32,956 nt of DNA from Tubiluchus corallicola (lineage: Eukaryota > Animalia > Priapulida): NCBI GenBank assembly GCA_030141605.1, contig JAQGDQ010000938.1:46087-79042 (forward strand). The letters are read 5' to 3'. Under the pieces are notes generated by a model that saw only the letters and a list, made by a program, of their open reading frames with translations, had not been told where the DNA came from and searched no databases. The position numbers and the translations under genes are program-made. This document shows, one piece after another, positions 21,334-32,956 of this stretch (position 1 is the stretch's first letter; each line of letters opens with the position of its first letter).

Positions 21334-22706
21334 CAAAATAGCTAATCAACTACCTGTCTCAAAATTTATGAAATTAATGCACAACTATAATCACAAAGTC
21401 TCACAAATCACTGTAGTCTCTACCAGCATGCCACACAATTTAATATAACGTCTTGCACTAGCTAATGTTCTGTACCTTAATAAAAAGTGAGGAACTGTTA
21501 ATCAGTTCCTTCAAACCACATGACAAAAATCTCGTTTTTACTTAATAGTAAAATATGCAACTTCATAAAAATAGTTTAAAGAGTGCATCTGATTCATTTT
21601 GTGTAATTCTTTTGCCAGTTTTCCTTCTGCTTGCCATCACTTACATCTTTATATAGTATTTTATTTTAGAAATACAGTTACTATACTTTCTTGAACTTTG
21701 TATAAAAAACATTGAGTAGTTTTTTCTGCATGTTCAACTTCGGCTTAGTTGCTTCTGTACTCGGCCCTCGTATTCTGGAAACATGCTTTCACAAATTCAC
21801 TTAAGTTAAAGAACTACGAAAGAAACAACATGAGTTGTGAATTACATTATATACCGTTCGTTCAAAATAAGTAATGCAATACTTAATGCAATATATGCAA
21901 TGCAAAAACATAAAATTGCCCATTTGAAATATACATTGCAATACTTAAAAAATGTCATATTTCATTGTGGGAAATACAAAATCAGGTTATGTATGTAAGA
22001 TCTATCTTGTTCATAAATAACATAACATATATATATTGAAGACTAAAATTTTTTATAAGAATTAGCATTTTGTTGGATTAGCTGTGTCGCATCTCCATAC
22101 GCCACAAGGCTCTCTATATCTGTTACAGTTATTGGGCAGGCGCAATTCTATTACCTTCCTTCGATTATCTTTAATGATCGGGGCGATGTTAATACTATAG
22201 TCTATAGCTTTTTGCCCGTGGTTGCTACTTAATTGTACACCTAATGTTGTAGATAGACTTAACTGTATGCCTAATCATATGTTATAGATAATTCTAAAGT
22301 ACTTAAGTAGTACCACCTGTAATACAAATAAGCAAGAATACCCAGCAGACGATACTACATTACTATCTTACTTAGTACTACAGCCTATTGACACCTGAAC
22401 TAAAGAGTTTCTACAAACAACCTGAACTTGCATGCTTCCAAAAGCGAAAATACAGCACAAGCGACGGAAATTCGGTTAACTAATAAAATTTCTTCCGCGT
22501 TTCATTTTTATTTTTGGCAAAAGAAGAACAACTTAGAAATGCTTCAATTTTTCATTTGAAAAAATGTAAACAGATAAAGGCACAAACAGAAATCTTGGAT
22601 ACAATTACCGACTAAATAAGTTTGATTCAAGGCAGGTTTGTATACCAATATACTTATAGGCTTGGGCCTTTTGAAGAATTTTGACGGCTGTGGCCTTGGT
22701 GCTGAC

Positions 22707-23124
22707 TAGGGGTGAGCATTCTCTACCAGAAAGCGAATTCGAATCGAATCGAATTTGTGACTTTCGAATTCGAATTGAACCGAACTTCAGTGTTTCAAAT
22801 TCGAACCGAATTCGCATTGAGATTGAAAGATTTTCGAATTCGAATTGAGATTGAAAGATTTTCGAACAAGTTTTCGAACCACCAGTAAAATTAGTCTTAC
22901 AAAGGTCATGCATATCACTAGATTTTGTTCTGCAATAAAACGACTAGTAATTTCTTTAAAATTGTGCGCAGAAATCACAACTAAATTATGCTAGTTGCAT
23001 GATGTTTCAATCGTTTTAGTGATAAAGAACATATGTGATTGAAGTGCTGAATTATTCTAATCTATAGTTTTGGATTCGAATTGAGTTCGAACGTTCGAAC
23101 TCAAACGTTCGATGCTCACCCCTA
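22707..23124. mobile_element. Non-autonomous hAT MITE with perfect TSD
   Basis: 13-bp perfect TIRs TAGGGGTGAGCAT / ATGCTCACCCCTA; perfect 8-bp TSD GTGCTGAC (22699-22706, 23125-23132); many TTCGAA subterminal repeats. Confidence 0.93.
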
Positions 23125-24343
23125 GTGCTGACAGGCCAGGATATCGACAAACACAGCTTTACATTCAAAAAGATGTTCATCAATATCTTCTGCTACCTGA
23201 AATCACATAGACCGACCTAGGCCAGCTGCAGAGATACATTGGTTCAGCTTTGACATGCCATAATTATACAAGTTATTGGCATTATAATTATACTCAGACA
23301 ATATCGCATGCCGTCCAGTAGATGAGTCCAACAATAGTGTGGACTTATAAGCACTGTACCCGATTACCATTATTAGAACATTCATGTATTATCATTTGCT
23401 AGCAACAGATTTCTCAAAGGTATAACTCTTAACTTTGTCTATACATAGTGTAACGTAATAACTGCTAAGGAAAGTTGAAAATGCAACGAGTAATAGTAGT
23501 ACAGAACAGCAAATTTGATTCGTCAATGTATTGCTGAATCAATTGAGAATCTATTGAAACATGAGAATTAGTTAAAAATCTATTATATCCACAATATTAA
23601 ATTTTAGAGTAGAAGCCTTGTGCATCTCACAGCTTGCAATCTTGATGGGTATGATTGGAACAGATCAAACTTCAATTGCTCCTGCCGAGCCAGTTAATTG
23701 TGATTATCCTGAAAAGCAGAATAAAGGCTGAGATGATGCAAGAATATACCAACATCTGCAATATCTCATGAACTATCCCAAGTTTGATCCAAAGTTTGTC
23801 CCTCAGCTCTTTCAGTCTCTGATCATATCCATGAAGACTGCAGGCTGTGTGAGATGTGCGAAGTCCACTAATTAAACACCATAAATACTGAGAGCAGGAC
23901 AAATTTTCGATTGAGCAACACTTTGCAGAAATAAATTGTTTCGTGTAAAATTATTTGTCTTTTTAACACTCCCTCCCACCCCACTAGCAAAAGTAAACCT
24001 ATAGAGTACTGTGCATGAATATTAACTATTGGCAGTTAATAGTAAAAAAACTGTATTTGTAACTATGCAAATTTCGCCCATTATCTATTAACCAGTTACT
24101 GTGTCCAATTAAAAAACTATTGCTAGGGACCATAACAAAATTTATTATGTTATCTAAAATGGGAAGTTAAAGCCTGTATAAGGTTATAATTCTATTAATA
24201 ATGCAAAGTATTGGAGTTCTCACTCTGGTTATCAAAAATGACATGCTATACAACCTATAAAAGATAACCATGGATATGTGGTCATCCAAAGACATTCAAG
24301 GCCTTCTTAGCAATTTCATCAAAGTGGTTGGAGAAATGATTAA

Positions 24344-24735
24344 AGAAAAACCAGATGATTGATTACTGATTAGATTCAATATCATTTTAACTTGCTGTCT
24401 AAAACATTTTTTGCCTATAAAAATAAGTAAATGTTTACAATATTTGAATAATTATCTTGGAAACTTAATTAATGGCAACCAAACACAGTCATTGCTTACA
24501 TCACAAACTAACCAAAGTTTGTGCAATGGTAGGCATCTTCCCTGCACATCAAGCACGTTTGCATAAGCAAAGAGTGCTATAAGATGCTGATGTGATGTCA
24601 CGAAAATGAGTTCTATGTCAGAGTAGATCACAGCAGCTGATGAACATGCTTATCACGGTACTGCACATATTGTCAGTCACGCGAATGGACAAAAATGTGC
24701 CATAGCCAGTCTTGGTGGTTTCACTTAGTGGGTCA
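24344..24735. mobile_element. Partial copy of a TTAA-flanked (Kolobok-like) MITE
   Basis: Starts TTAA|AGAAAAACCAGATGATTG and is the diverged reverse complement of ~29310-29706 over ~390 bp; similarity stops where the hAT fragment begins. Confidence 0.72.
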
Positions 24736-24737
24736 CT

Positions 24738-24828
24738 AGACTAATTTTCACTGGTGGTTCAAAAACTTGTTCGAAAATCTTTCAATCACAATTTTAATTC
24801 GCTTTCTGGTAGATAATGCTCACCCCTA
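24738..24828 (-). mobile_element. Truncated, internally deleted copy of the 22707-23124 hAT MITE
   Basis: Reverse complement TAGGGGTGAGCATTATCTACCAGAAAGCGAATT…GATTGAAAGATTTTCGAACAAGTTTTTGAACCACCAGTGAAAATTAGTCT matches 22707-22739 joined to ~22845-22898. Confidence 0.85.
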
Positions 24829-27800
24829 TTGATCAGAGGAATTTCTAATTGGACGGGAAGGTTTTTTATCATACCTTGTTAACCACGTTTTTAAAAGAAG
24901 AATTTAGCGAGCAAGGCAAAAGTCACAAACATAAAAAGTGTAGGATGTATCTACATGACTTTCAATTTTGTCATTAATACACCGGTCGTGGGCGATGACC
25001 AGCAGATTAGCAAACAGTGCAACACTGCAACTGAGGCGACGCAAGGTTACTGTTATTGGAATGTGTAAAACCGCAAAGAAGTGTTTGAAAATTTCGGTTT
25101 TCTACAAAATTGAGGATTCATTGCATTTTGACGTTTTATTAGATGTTATGCAATTGAGTGATTGTGCGAACAAGAGGTGATTTATAAATTTACCAGTCCT
25201 TGTCTTCAACCGTGGGCTATTTGTCTGTTGAGATCTTGATGACAACTCTTTACTTTACTTCTTTAGACTGTGTAAGACTAAATTTGAGTACGATTCCATG
25301 TGCTGGTAATGCCTGATGCGTCCCATTAAGTCCTAGTAATAGTATCAGAACGAAAGTGTAGTTTTGCGCGTTGCTGATATCACACCAGTTTCGGCTTCCT
25401 TTGTATAAAATGAAAGGAAACTCATTGGAACTGATAATAACTGACAAATGCACTTGTAGTTGTAGTTGTAGACCAGTGATAACATTTAAGTCTAGCAGGT
25501 CTATCGATTCTCAACACCTTGTGTTTGCGAGCCAAATGCATTTTTTTAAATGTTCCAGAAACTGAACCAAGCCATTTTAGATATAGTAAAAACATTTTGA
25601 ATTTTTAATGATAAAATGTAGTGTTCGTGCGTGGTAGGAATTCATCTGTTCAAACATGGCTGCACTCTCAATTCACTATTTGTTATTAAGCAATCTAGGA
25701 AAGCTTGTTAAAGGCTACTGCACCATTTGAGCGAGTTTGGTTGGCTGTTAATGATGCAAAAAGGTAAAAGTAACAGGAATGTTTAACACAGTGAGAGCTG
25801 TGGTTGGTGGCTTATCATTGACCTTCACATTGTGGTTATTAGTGTAGGCATAAGTAATAATGACCAAATAAAAAAATTTGGAGTTCTAGAAAATCCGTAC
25901 TGAAACATAGACTTGGTCCCAAAATCCGGGAAAGGTTCTTTTCGGCCTGAACTGTACCCCAACTGAGTTTCATGCCAATTGACCTGTCTTTGTGTAATTA
26001 GAATTACTATGCTTAAATTTTAGTGCAACAGTGCATTAAGAATTTTTAATAAGAGAGAGAATTTTTGTTTGAGTGGTTGTTTCAATGCTATGGCCGAATT
26101 TACGAAAGATTTATAAAACTAATAGCAACAGCTTTCATGCCTTTATACATTTAAGTGCATGTGCAGACTAGGACTCACATCATATGGTTCGCATTCTATG
26201 AAGCACACTGTCATCACTGCTAAGTGTTAACCAATGGAAAACCATTTCAGCTGAATAAACTCGGTGCTTTATGTTTCTGGGTTACTTGCTTGCGAATATT
26301 TGTGCCGCCATTCATTCTTTCCTTTCACTGTGATTCCAGTCTTGCTCATGTAGTACAAAATTTTGCCATTTAGTCATTGTGAGGCAAACAGTGCATACTA
26401 GATTTTCACAAAAATATGGATTTTATGGCAACTGAAAACGTGTATAATTTGTTAACAGTTAACTTATCATCTTTTCAGGAACAGTAAGCAACAATTATAT
26501 AGAATGTTAATGATTAATGAGTCGGGTAAAGCTATAATGGTGCGGCGATTTTTTGACGGTATAGGATTGTTTCAATAGAAAAACATCTTAGTAAGATGAT
26601 GTCGACGAAATGATGACAATGACACAATACTGCATTCTAATTACACGGGTGGTATTGATAAAGAGGAGGGGGGTATTGATAAAGAGGCAAGGAGGAGAGA
26701 AAGTTTGGAGTTGGAGTTGAAACACATGTGAAGCAAACTCATTATTGCATGAGTATACAAAGAAAGCTAAAATGGAGATGTTTTATAGAAGAAATTTGAT
26801 GGTTAAAGTTCTGAGTGTATGCATAAAGTAAGTGATGTTGCCATTTAAGGCAAAACCAGATCCAATATTAAACTTTAGGTCAAAACAATTACTCTTTTAA
26901 ATATTGAAAAGGAACACACTATTTTTTCAAAAATGACTTATGTGAAACAATTATTGCCACACAAATACAACTTCGCATTTGCGCCATTAATTCTTCGCTG
27001 TTACAAGCATTAGACGGGCATTAGCATCTGCATTTCGGAAACCCATGATACAAGAACAGTAACTGTGCCTCTCAGTTATTGTAACTCCACATGTTCGACA
27101 GCTCATGCACGTGAACAGCGGTAAAATTGAAACTTCAGTTATACCTAGATTAGTGCATCAAATTTGTATTTTATTCACTTAGGTAGGTACCAGTCCTTGG
27201 TCCAGAAGCTGTTTAAATTTCGTTTGTGGTATCAGTTTAACATATACCGTACTATTTAGCAAAATTACAGAATTTATTTTTGAGATCCTTTTCTGAAAAA
27301 GTTCTTTTTTTTCAATAAAAGGTCATTGTTTTGCTCTTGCAATGATTTTGCGTAGTTTAGTTAGGCATGTGAATTCTGAGCATGCTTTTACCTAAGACCA
27401 TGTTAGTTTGCATTATTCATGTACTGAATAAAGCTGACATTTTGAATAAATTTAGATTCTATTTTTGCCTGCAGACTTTTGTACACTTATTTTGTTAAAC
27501 CACCTGGGCCATGACCCAGTGTTCACTTCCTGACTGTCATGTTTTAATTGTTTATGTAACTTTGCAAGCTCTGTTTATTTTCTTTATAAGTTCAAGTTTA
27601 GTGTCCTCTTTATTCTATCCTAACCTACCAATTTACACAAGTACTGTTAATATAGCAGCTAGCTATTATATTGTATTCTTCTCAAATGTATTTACTTGTA
27701 AAAATGTAAAAGCTAACAATTATAATTGCTTAAGCTCTTGTCCATCTGCTGCATATTAATTGTAATAAAATAAAAAATCGTTGAATTGAATTGTCAACTA

Positions 27801-28529
27801 TTTAGAAATGCATGTAGTTTTTTTGAAAAGTGGTAGAAGTTCTGGCCTTCAGTAGCTGGGATGATTACAGTGCTTATAATTTTTTGTAGCAAGAAAATTT
27901 TCAACACTTAGTCATTACAAACACCCCATAGATTACACCTACTTTTGTTGACATCGTCGTGTGGGCCGATTCTAAATGAAACAACACTAACCAAAATTTT
28001 CTTTGTTTTAAACTTTGCTATTTTTTAAGCAGTGTAATTATGATCCAGTTTCATTCTTTAACCTTTTAACCTATTCTTCAAAATCATTTTGCGCTGTACA
28101 TAGCACAGTCTCATTCTCATAGGTACCCACCAACCTGTCTTTCAAAATTCTCGGTAATATAAGAATTTACCTGATACTGATGCTGTTGCAATTCACCACA
28201 TTATATATTCAACATTAAAATTATATTAACATTGTGTTTCAACATTGTATATTTTTTATGAATGAAACTAAATGAATCACAAGTGCAGTGAATCACTCTT
28301 CCGTAATGAAGTTGCTCGTTTAGATTCTGCATACAATTAAGATCATTAGTAGTTCATCTTCCGGCAATCACTAATGCACTTTTCTCCCTTTTTTGTTTCT
28401 TTCAAAGTTTTTAATTCATTTTTAAGTGTCTTGCAGTATTCTCTAAGTTTACACTTTATATTTTTAACATACATTATTATTATTGCTATGATTCTTTAGA
28501 AATATAAAGTGTAAAGAACCAACTTCCAT

Positions 28530-28640
28530 TTAATATATAAATATGTGTGTGTGTGTGTAATATAAATGTAATATATAAATTCATTATGCATATTATATAT
28601 ATTACATATTACATTACATATATTACATTTATATATTACT
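28530..28640. repeat. Low-complexity AT-rich tract with (TG)n and ATATTAC-type repeats
   Basis: Directly visible. Confidence 0.7.
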
Positions 28641-29159
28641 TGTAAGTTTGCTTTTCACATTTCTGCAGAACCATAACAACAATAATAATAAAACCAAATC
28701 TAGGTTTACACATTTCTAGCAACTTTTCTTTCTTTTCTTTTTAAAACAAGCTTCTCTTTGCGCCGTTCCTGTCACAATTTTGATACAAAAATACGAAATG
28801 GTTATGCCCTACTATGAACATCTTTATTTTTTGTGTTAGTGACAGATTTAAAATGCGTGCGTTATTTTTATTATCATTCTTAACTACTTTAACACGTTCA
28901 GCGAGCTTTTAGCTTTTTCATGAAATTCGTGTTTGAACACGTGTATGATTTTTTGGGCTTAGATTTTAGATTTATTTTGTTATGTAACCAATGCTTTGTA
29001 GAGTTTTCATGTTTTTCACAAGTTTCCTTAATTGTTTTTTCAAAATCTCAGTTCTAGCATTGCATCCTTCATTTCATTATACGCCTTTTGGAACACACCA
29101 TTTTCTTGATTATTTTCTGGCACTTTTTATCTTGTGGTTCATCTTTGTGTGATTTCTGA

Positions 29160-29706
29160 CAGAAAACCGGATGATTGTGTAAACATTAATTCAGAATAAA
29201 GAATAGTCTAAAATATTGAAAACTACAATTGCTTTTTTAAATCAAAGCTTAGATTAAATAATAATTACCTTAGATAATCAAATTTTGTTAAACTTTCAAA
29301 GCTACGCGCGACTCAGTGAATCTACTAAGATTGGCAGCGGCGCCTTTTTGTCACATTCGCGTGGCCGACAAATAGAAGGCGGTACCGTGATAACATGATC
29401 ATGAACTGCAATGTTAGTTTCTGATGTCGTATGATGTAGAGCCTATTTTTCGTGACATCATGCATTTAAACAGTACTGTAACGCTTACGCAAATGTGCTT
29501 GATGCACAAGGGAAGACACCTGCCATTGCATAAACTGTGATTAGTTTCTGACGTAAGCAATAGCTGTGTTCGGTTGCCGTTAATTAACTTTCTAAGCTAA
29601 TTATTCAAATATAAGAAACAATTGTTAACTTTTATAAGCAAGAAAATGTATATTTTGGACAGTAAATTAAAATGAGATTGAGACTAAACAATCGTCCGGT
29701 TTTCCT
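29160..29706. mobile_element. Kolobok-like MITE (TTAA target, AG..CT termini)
   Basis: Imperfect TIRs GAAAACCGGATGATTGT / ACAATCGTCCGGTTTTCCT|TTAA; the left TTAA is decayed; second copy at 24344-24735. Superfamily inferred from termini only. Confidence 0.7.
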
Positions 29707-31573
29707 TTAAGAAGCTTAGGCGGCCATTCCAGTGGGATAATTTATCCCATTCTTTGTGAGACGTACCCTAATCAATATTGTCATTTAGAGTTACAATTTT
29801 ATTTTAACATCTTCATATTTTACTTGGAAGAAGTATAGTTAAAACTGTGATGATACAACTGTAAGAACTGCACTATCAACAGCTTTCATTATCTATTATA
29901 ATTTCAGCACATTACCTACGCCTAATTCATTTGTACAGCATGGCTGTTCTCGCTGTATTCAGGAAATAGATGATTTCCTTCATTTTCGTTGTACTTCTTG
30001 GCTATTTACGGATATAGTAAGTAATATTCATCTATCCTGTCATTCCTGTTGCCATGGATTGAAAGTGTGTGTATTTTTAACTTGCATTTTGATTGTAACT
30101 TTTGACAAAAGCAAAGATGTTCAGGTTCAGATTGTACCAGTTCTAATAGCAGTTTTATTGTTGGCTAAAGACATGACTACAAGTTTAACTAGTTTGTAGA
30201 TAAAGCCAATAGTAAAAAGTCCATATCGGTTTATTTTTCCTTTACCTGATTAAAGGACTTAAGTATTATCTGATTAACTAACTGGCTTACAAATATTGAT
30301 GTGCTAATATTACTACATAAGTAAAACATGTTCATTAAAAATTATTAATATTTTCTGTTTGACTAATGTGCTTACATAAATGAAACAGAAACATGACATT
30401 CATCCAAACATACAGTAAAACACCATTAGTAACATGGCGGTGTTACTTTAATATTAGACCAAGTAGCTGGGCATGTACATGTGGACATGTTACGTAACTT
30501 GCTATAATTTTATGGACGACCCTCATCACTGGACAGCCTCACTCACTTGGCTTCAGCTTGTAGTAACTTACTAGTCAGTGCAGTTAGAAGTTAAAACCCT
30601 GGAAAGCTTCATTAAGAGCGTCGCAGTGTTTGCCAGCCAACTTGAGTTAATTTAGGTCTCTCAAGGTCTTAGCAGGCAAGCTTGGTGGTTTTTCGTGAGC
30701 TCTGCCGTTTGCTACATTTCCTTGAGCCACGTGTTTCTAATCAGATTTCCTTAGATGCATTGAAGACGCTGATTGTGTTGCTGTGTTTAAGATGAGTTCA
30801 GCTGATTTTTTTTATTTGCTTAAATCATTTCGCGTTTCTGTGCAAGCTGAAGTTCTGAAATTCTAAACTTGTGTTTGGTAGTGTTTATGTAAGTGCGAAC
30901 TTTACGATCTGAAACTTTTTATTTCATTTGGAGGTTGTTTAAATGATGAAATGTTGCTGTCAGTTGGATGCTGGAAGACAATGGTATCAAGGCAAACGGC
31001 AATAATACGTTGATCACATAATTGTAATTATCATTATCATCTCGTTATTTTCTTTATAGGAAAGGATACGTCATTTAGCATTTTGGGTTTATTTTACTGC
31101 AATCACTATAACATAAAAAAATATAACAAAGAATATTTTGCAAAAAACTGTCTGTAAAGTTAATTTATACTCTCGTTGTAAATATATTTTCAGGCGCGGT
31201 GGTATCCGCCATTTGCTTGAAAATATGACGTAACTGGTGGACTTCGTGGCCTTTTGTAAGCGCATCATGGCTTTCCACAAACGCACACTGCTTAAACTAA
31301 TCCAAACTTATGCAGCTTGTATAACCTTCATGTGAAAACATCCTATTTATGTAATTGTTTGTAAAAACTGATGCTTTTGACGAAAGTTGACAGTGCACAG
31401 TTTTTCTTCATTTGACTTCAACAAGCTTTACGCCATATTGAGGACATTTCTACATTGCCAATTGAGGAAATATGCCTTGAATTATCTTGCGCTTGTGCTG
31501 CATTCAACTAAGTGTTGCGTCGAACCTTGTCGTCAAGGTTAGCAGGTTACATTGGCTTAAAATATTTGCGTAA

Positions 31574-31771
31574 AGTGGCGTTTTTGTAGCATGCGGATGC
31601 GTTTTGCGGCTACGGATAGATAAAATCTGTTTATATTGTTTTCAATGCACTCGTTTATGCAGCCTGCGTTATGCGTTATTCTTTTTCTGCAATTATTTTC
31701 CATTGATTTTTTTCCGCAGGCTGTAACGCAGTGAAAACACATCCGCATCCGCATGATGCATAAACGCCACT
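31574..31771. mobile_element. PIF/Harbinger (Tourist-like) MITE
   Basis: TAA|AGTGGCGTTTTTGTAGCATGCGGATGCG … CGCATCCGCATGATGCATAAACGCCACT|TAA: ~28-bp imperfect TIRs and a 3-bp TAA TSD. Confidence 0.8.
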
Positions 31772-32956
31772 TAATGCGAAGGTGCAGAGTAGCAAACCGT
31801 TCAGCCAAACCAGTAAGCCAACATTAGGACAACTACACGCAGTGATGATAGCCTGACAGATTTTAATAATTTTGACGGCTTGATAACATTCCGTTTTCCT
31901 TTCTAGTTGCGCTGCAATACAACAGTTACAGCTAGTAATAGCACTTGCATATTTTGTTTACAACTTGCGTCAGACCTTGGTCTAATAACATTTCAGTAAA
32001 GTGCGTTTTTTGTTGGAATGCAAATATGTTATGACATGAATATTTGCGGCGCGCTTGTAATGTGTCCCGAAGCATCTAAGAAAGTTGGGCATGCGCTGTA
32101 AAGCTTTTGTGCACATTGGCAGCCTAGCCGCAACTTTACAACGTGTTTCAAGGGGTTAGCAGAGATATGAAATAATCTGTTTGTTTGACCGAAGTCTAGT
32201 GCATGTGGGAAGTAGGTGTACTCAAATGCACTGGCGGTTTCCTTGTGAGAATTCCACGTTGAGTTCAGTGTTCACGGCACCGTGTTTTCGTTGGCCATTC
32301 AGTTCAGTTTCGCTTGGCTGAATAGGCGTTGTTTAGAGCGTCTTGTTGTTTAGTAAGTATACGCGGCTGTACAAGTTCTGTGCCAAACGTTTTTGTCGTG
32401 TCACAAGCCGAGAGTTTAGTATTCAGCTCATGGAGAAGAGTCATTATATCATTTGTGTGTTAACTTTTGACTAGGTCAGCAGTAAGAAATTTGACGGATC
32501 AGTACAGTAGGTACAGCAATAACGCCGCGTAACTTAATTGTGATCAGTTGTTTTAATTAGTTTGTGTTAGCAATGCTGTTTATGTAGAAAAGTACGAGAA
32601 GGTTTTTTAGTTTATTATTATTAACACATTCAGTACAATATAATGACATTAAGCACACAGTGACATCAAAATCATTACATCTACTGTATTAGATTGCTAT
32701 GTTTTATGTTACACTATCGTTATCGTAAAAGAATAATTGTACTGCAGTGGGCTACAGAAGCAAAGGCTTGTATAAGCCCACTGTCATGTGAACCCGATAA
32801 AAGAAGAATGGATGAGTGAATAAAAAAAAGAACTGGGAGAAAGGTTAGATCACACAGGAAGAGTAGAAGGATGGAAGTGGTAGGAAGAAAGATAATAGAT
32901 TGTGCTATGTTGACATCAGCTCTAAAGATTGAGCAATGATGCCTTGTTTTTGGTAT

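Noticed and set aside
22707-24828. Composite transposon bounded by the two outer TAGGGGTGAGCAT TIRs
   Set aside because: The 8 bp after 24828 (TTGATCAG) do not match the left TSD GTGCTGAC, which is already matched at 23125.
25708-26039. Possible second Kolobok-like MITE (TTAAAGGCTACTGCAC … GTGCAACAGTGCATTAA)
   Set aside because: Terminal complementarity is too weak and there is no second copy in the window.
26651-26687. 16-bp direct repeat GGTATTGATAAAGAGG
   Set aside because: A simple local duplication with no further structure.
23203-31808. Short ORFs of 60-83 aa in the right third of the window
   Set aside because: No recognisable domains, no consistent splice-phase chain, and several overlap MITEs; lengths are as expected by chance.

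Overview
This is AT-rich eukaryotic genomic DNA, most likely from an invertebrate animal; the species cannot be determined from the sequence. Positions ~2.3-21.4 kb carry one complete-looking minus-strand gene with 16 coding exons for a TRPC-family (short transient receptor potential) cation channel. I assembled it by hand: all 15 introns are GT-AG, all phases are compatible, and the CDS is 2496 nt (831 aa plus stop). The protein has ankyrin repeats, the His/Cys TRP_2 motif, six TM segments with an LYW pore helix and a variant TRP box (EWKYTR). Introns and flanks hold a 22 x 73-bp satellite, probably in the 3' UTR, and a 46 x 36-bp minisatellite that creates the two long spurious ORFs. They also hold a 5S rRNA-headed SINE with a candidate TSD, a tRNA-headed Meta-type SINE, a CR1/L2-group LINE 3' end with a pentanucleotide tail, and several DNA-transposon MITEs (hAT, Tigger/pogo, Harbinger, Kolobok-like). 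I could not support any coding sequence in 21.4-33 kb. I found no convincing new biological system; the findings are modest and graded accordingly.
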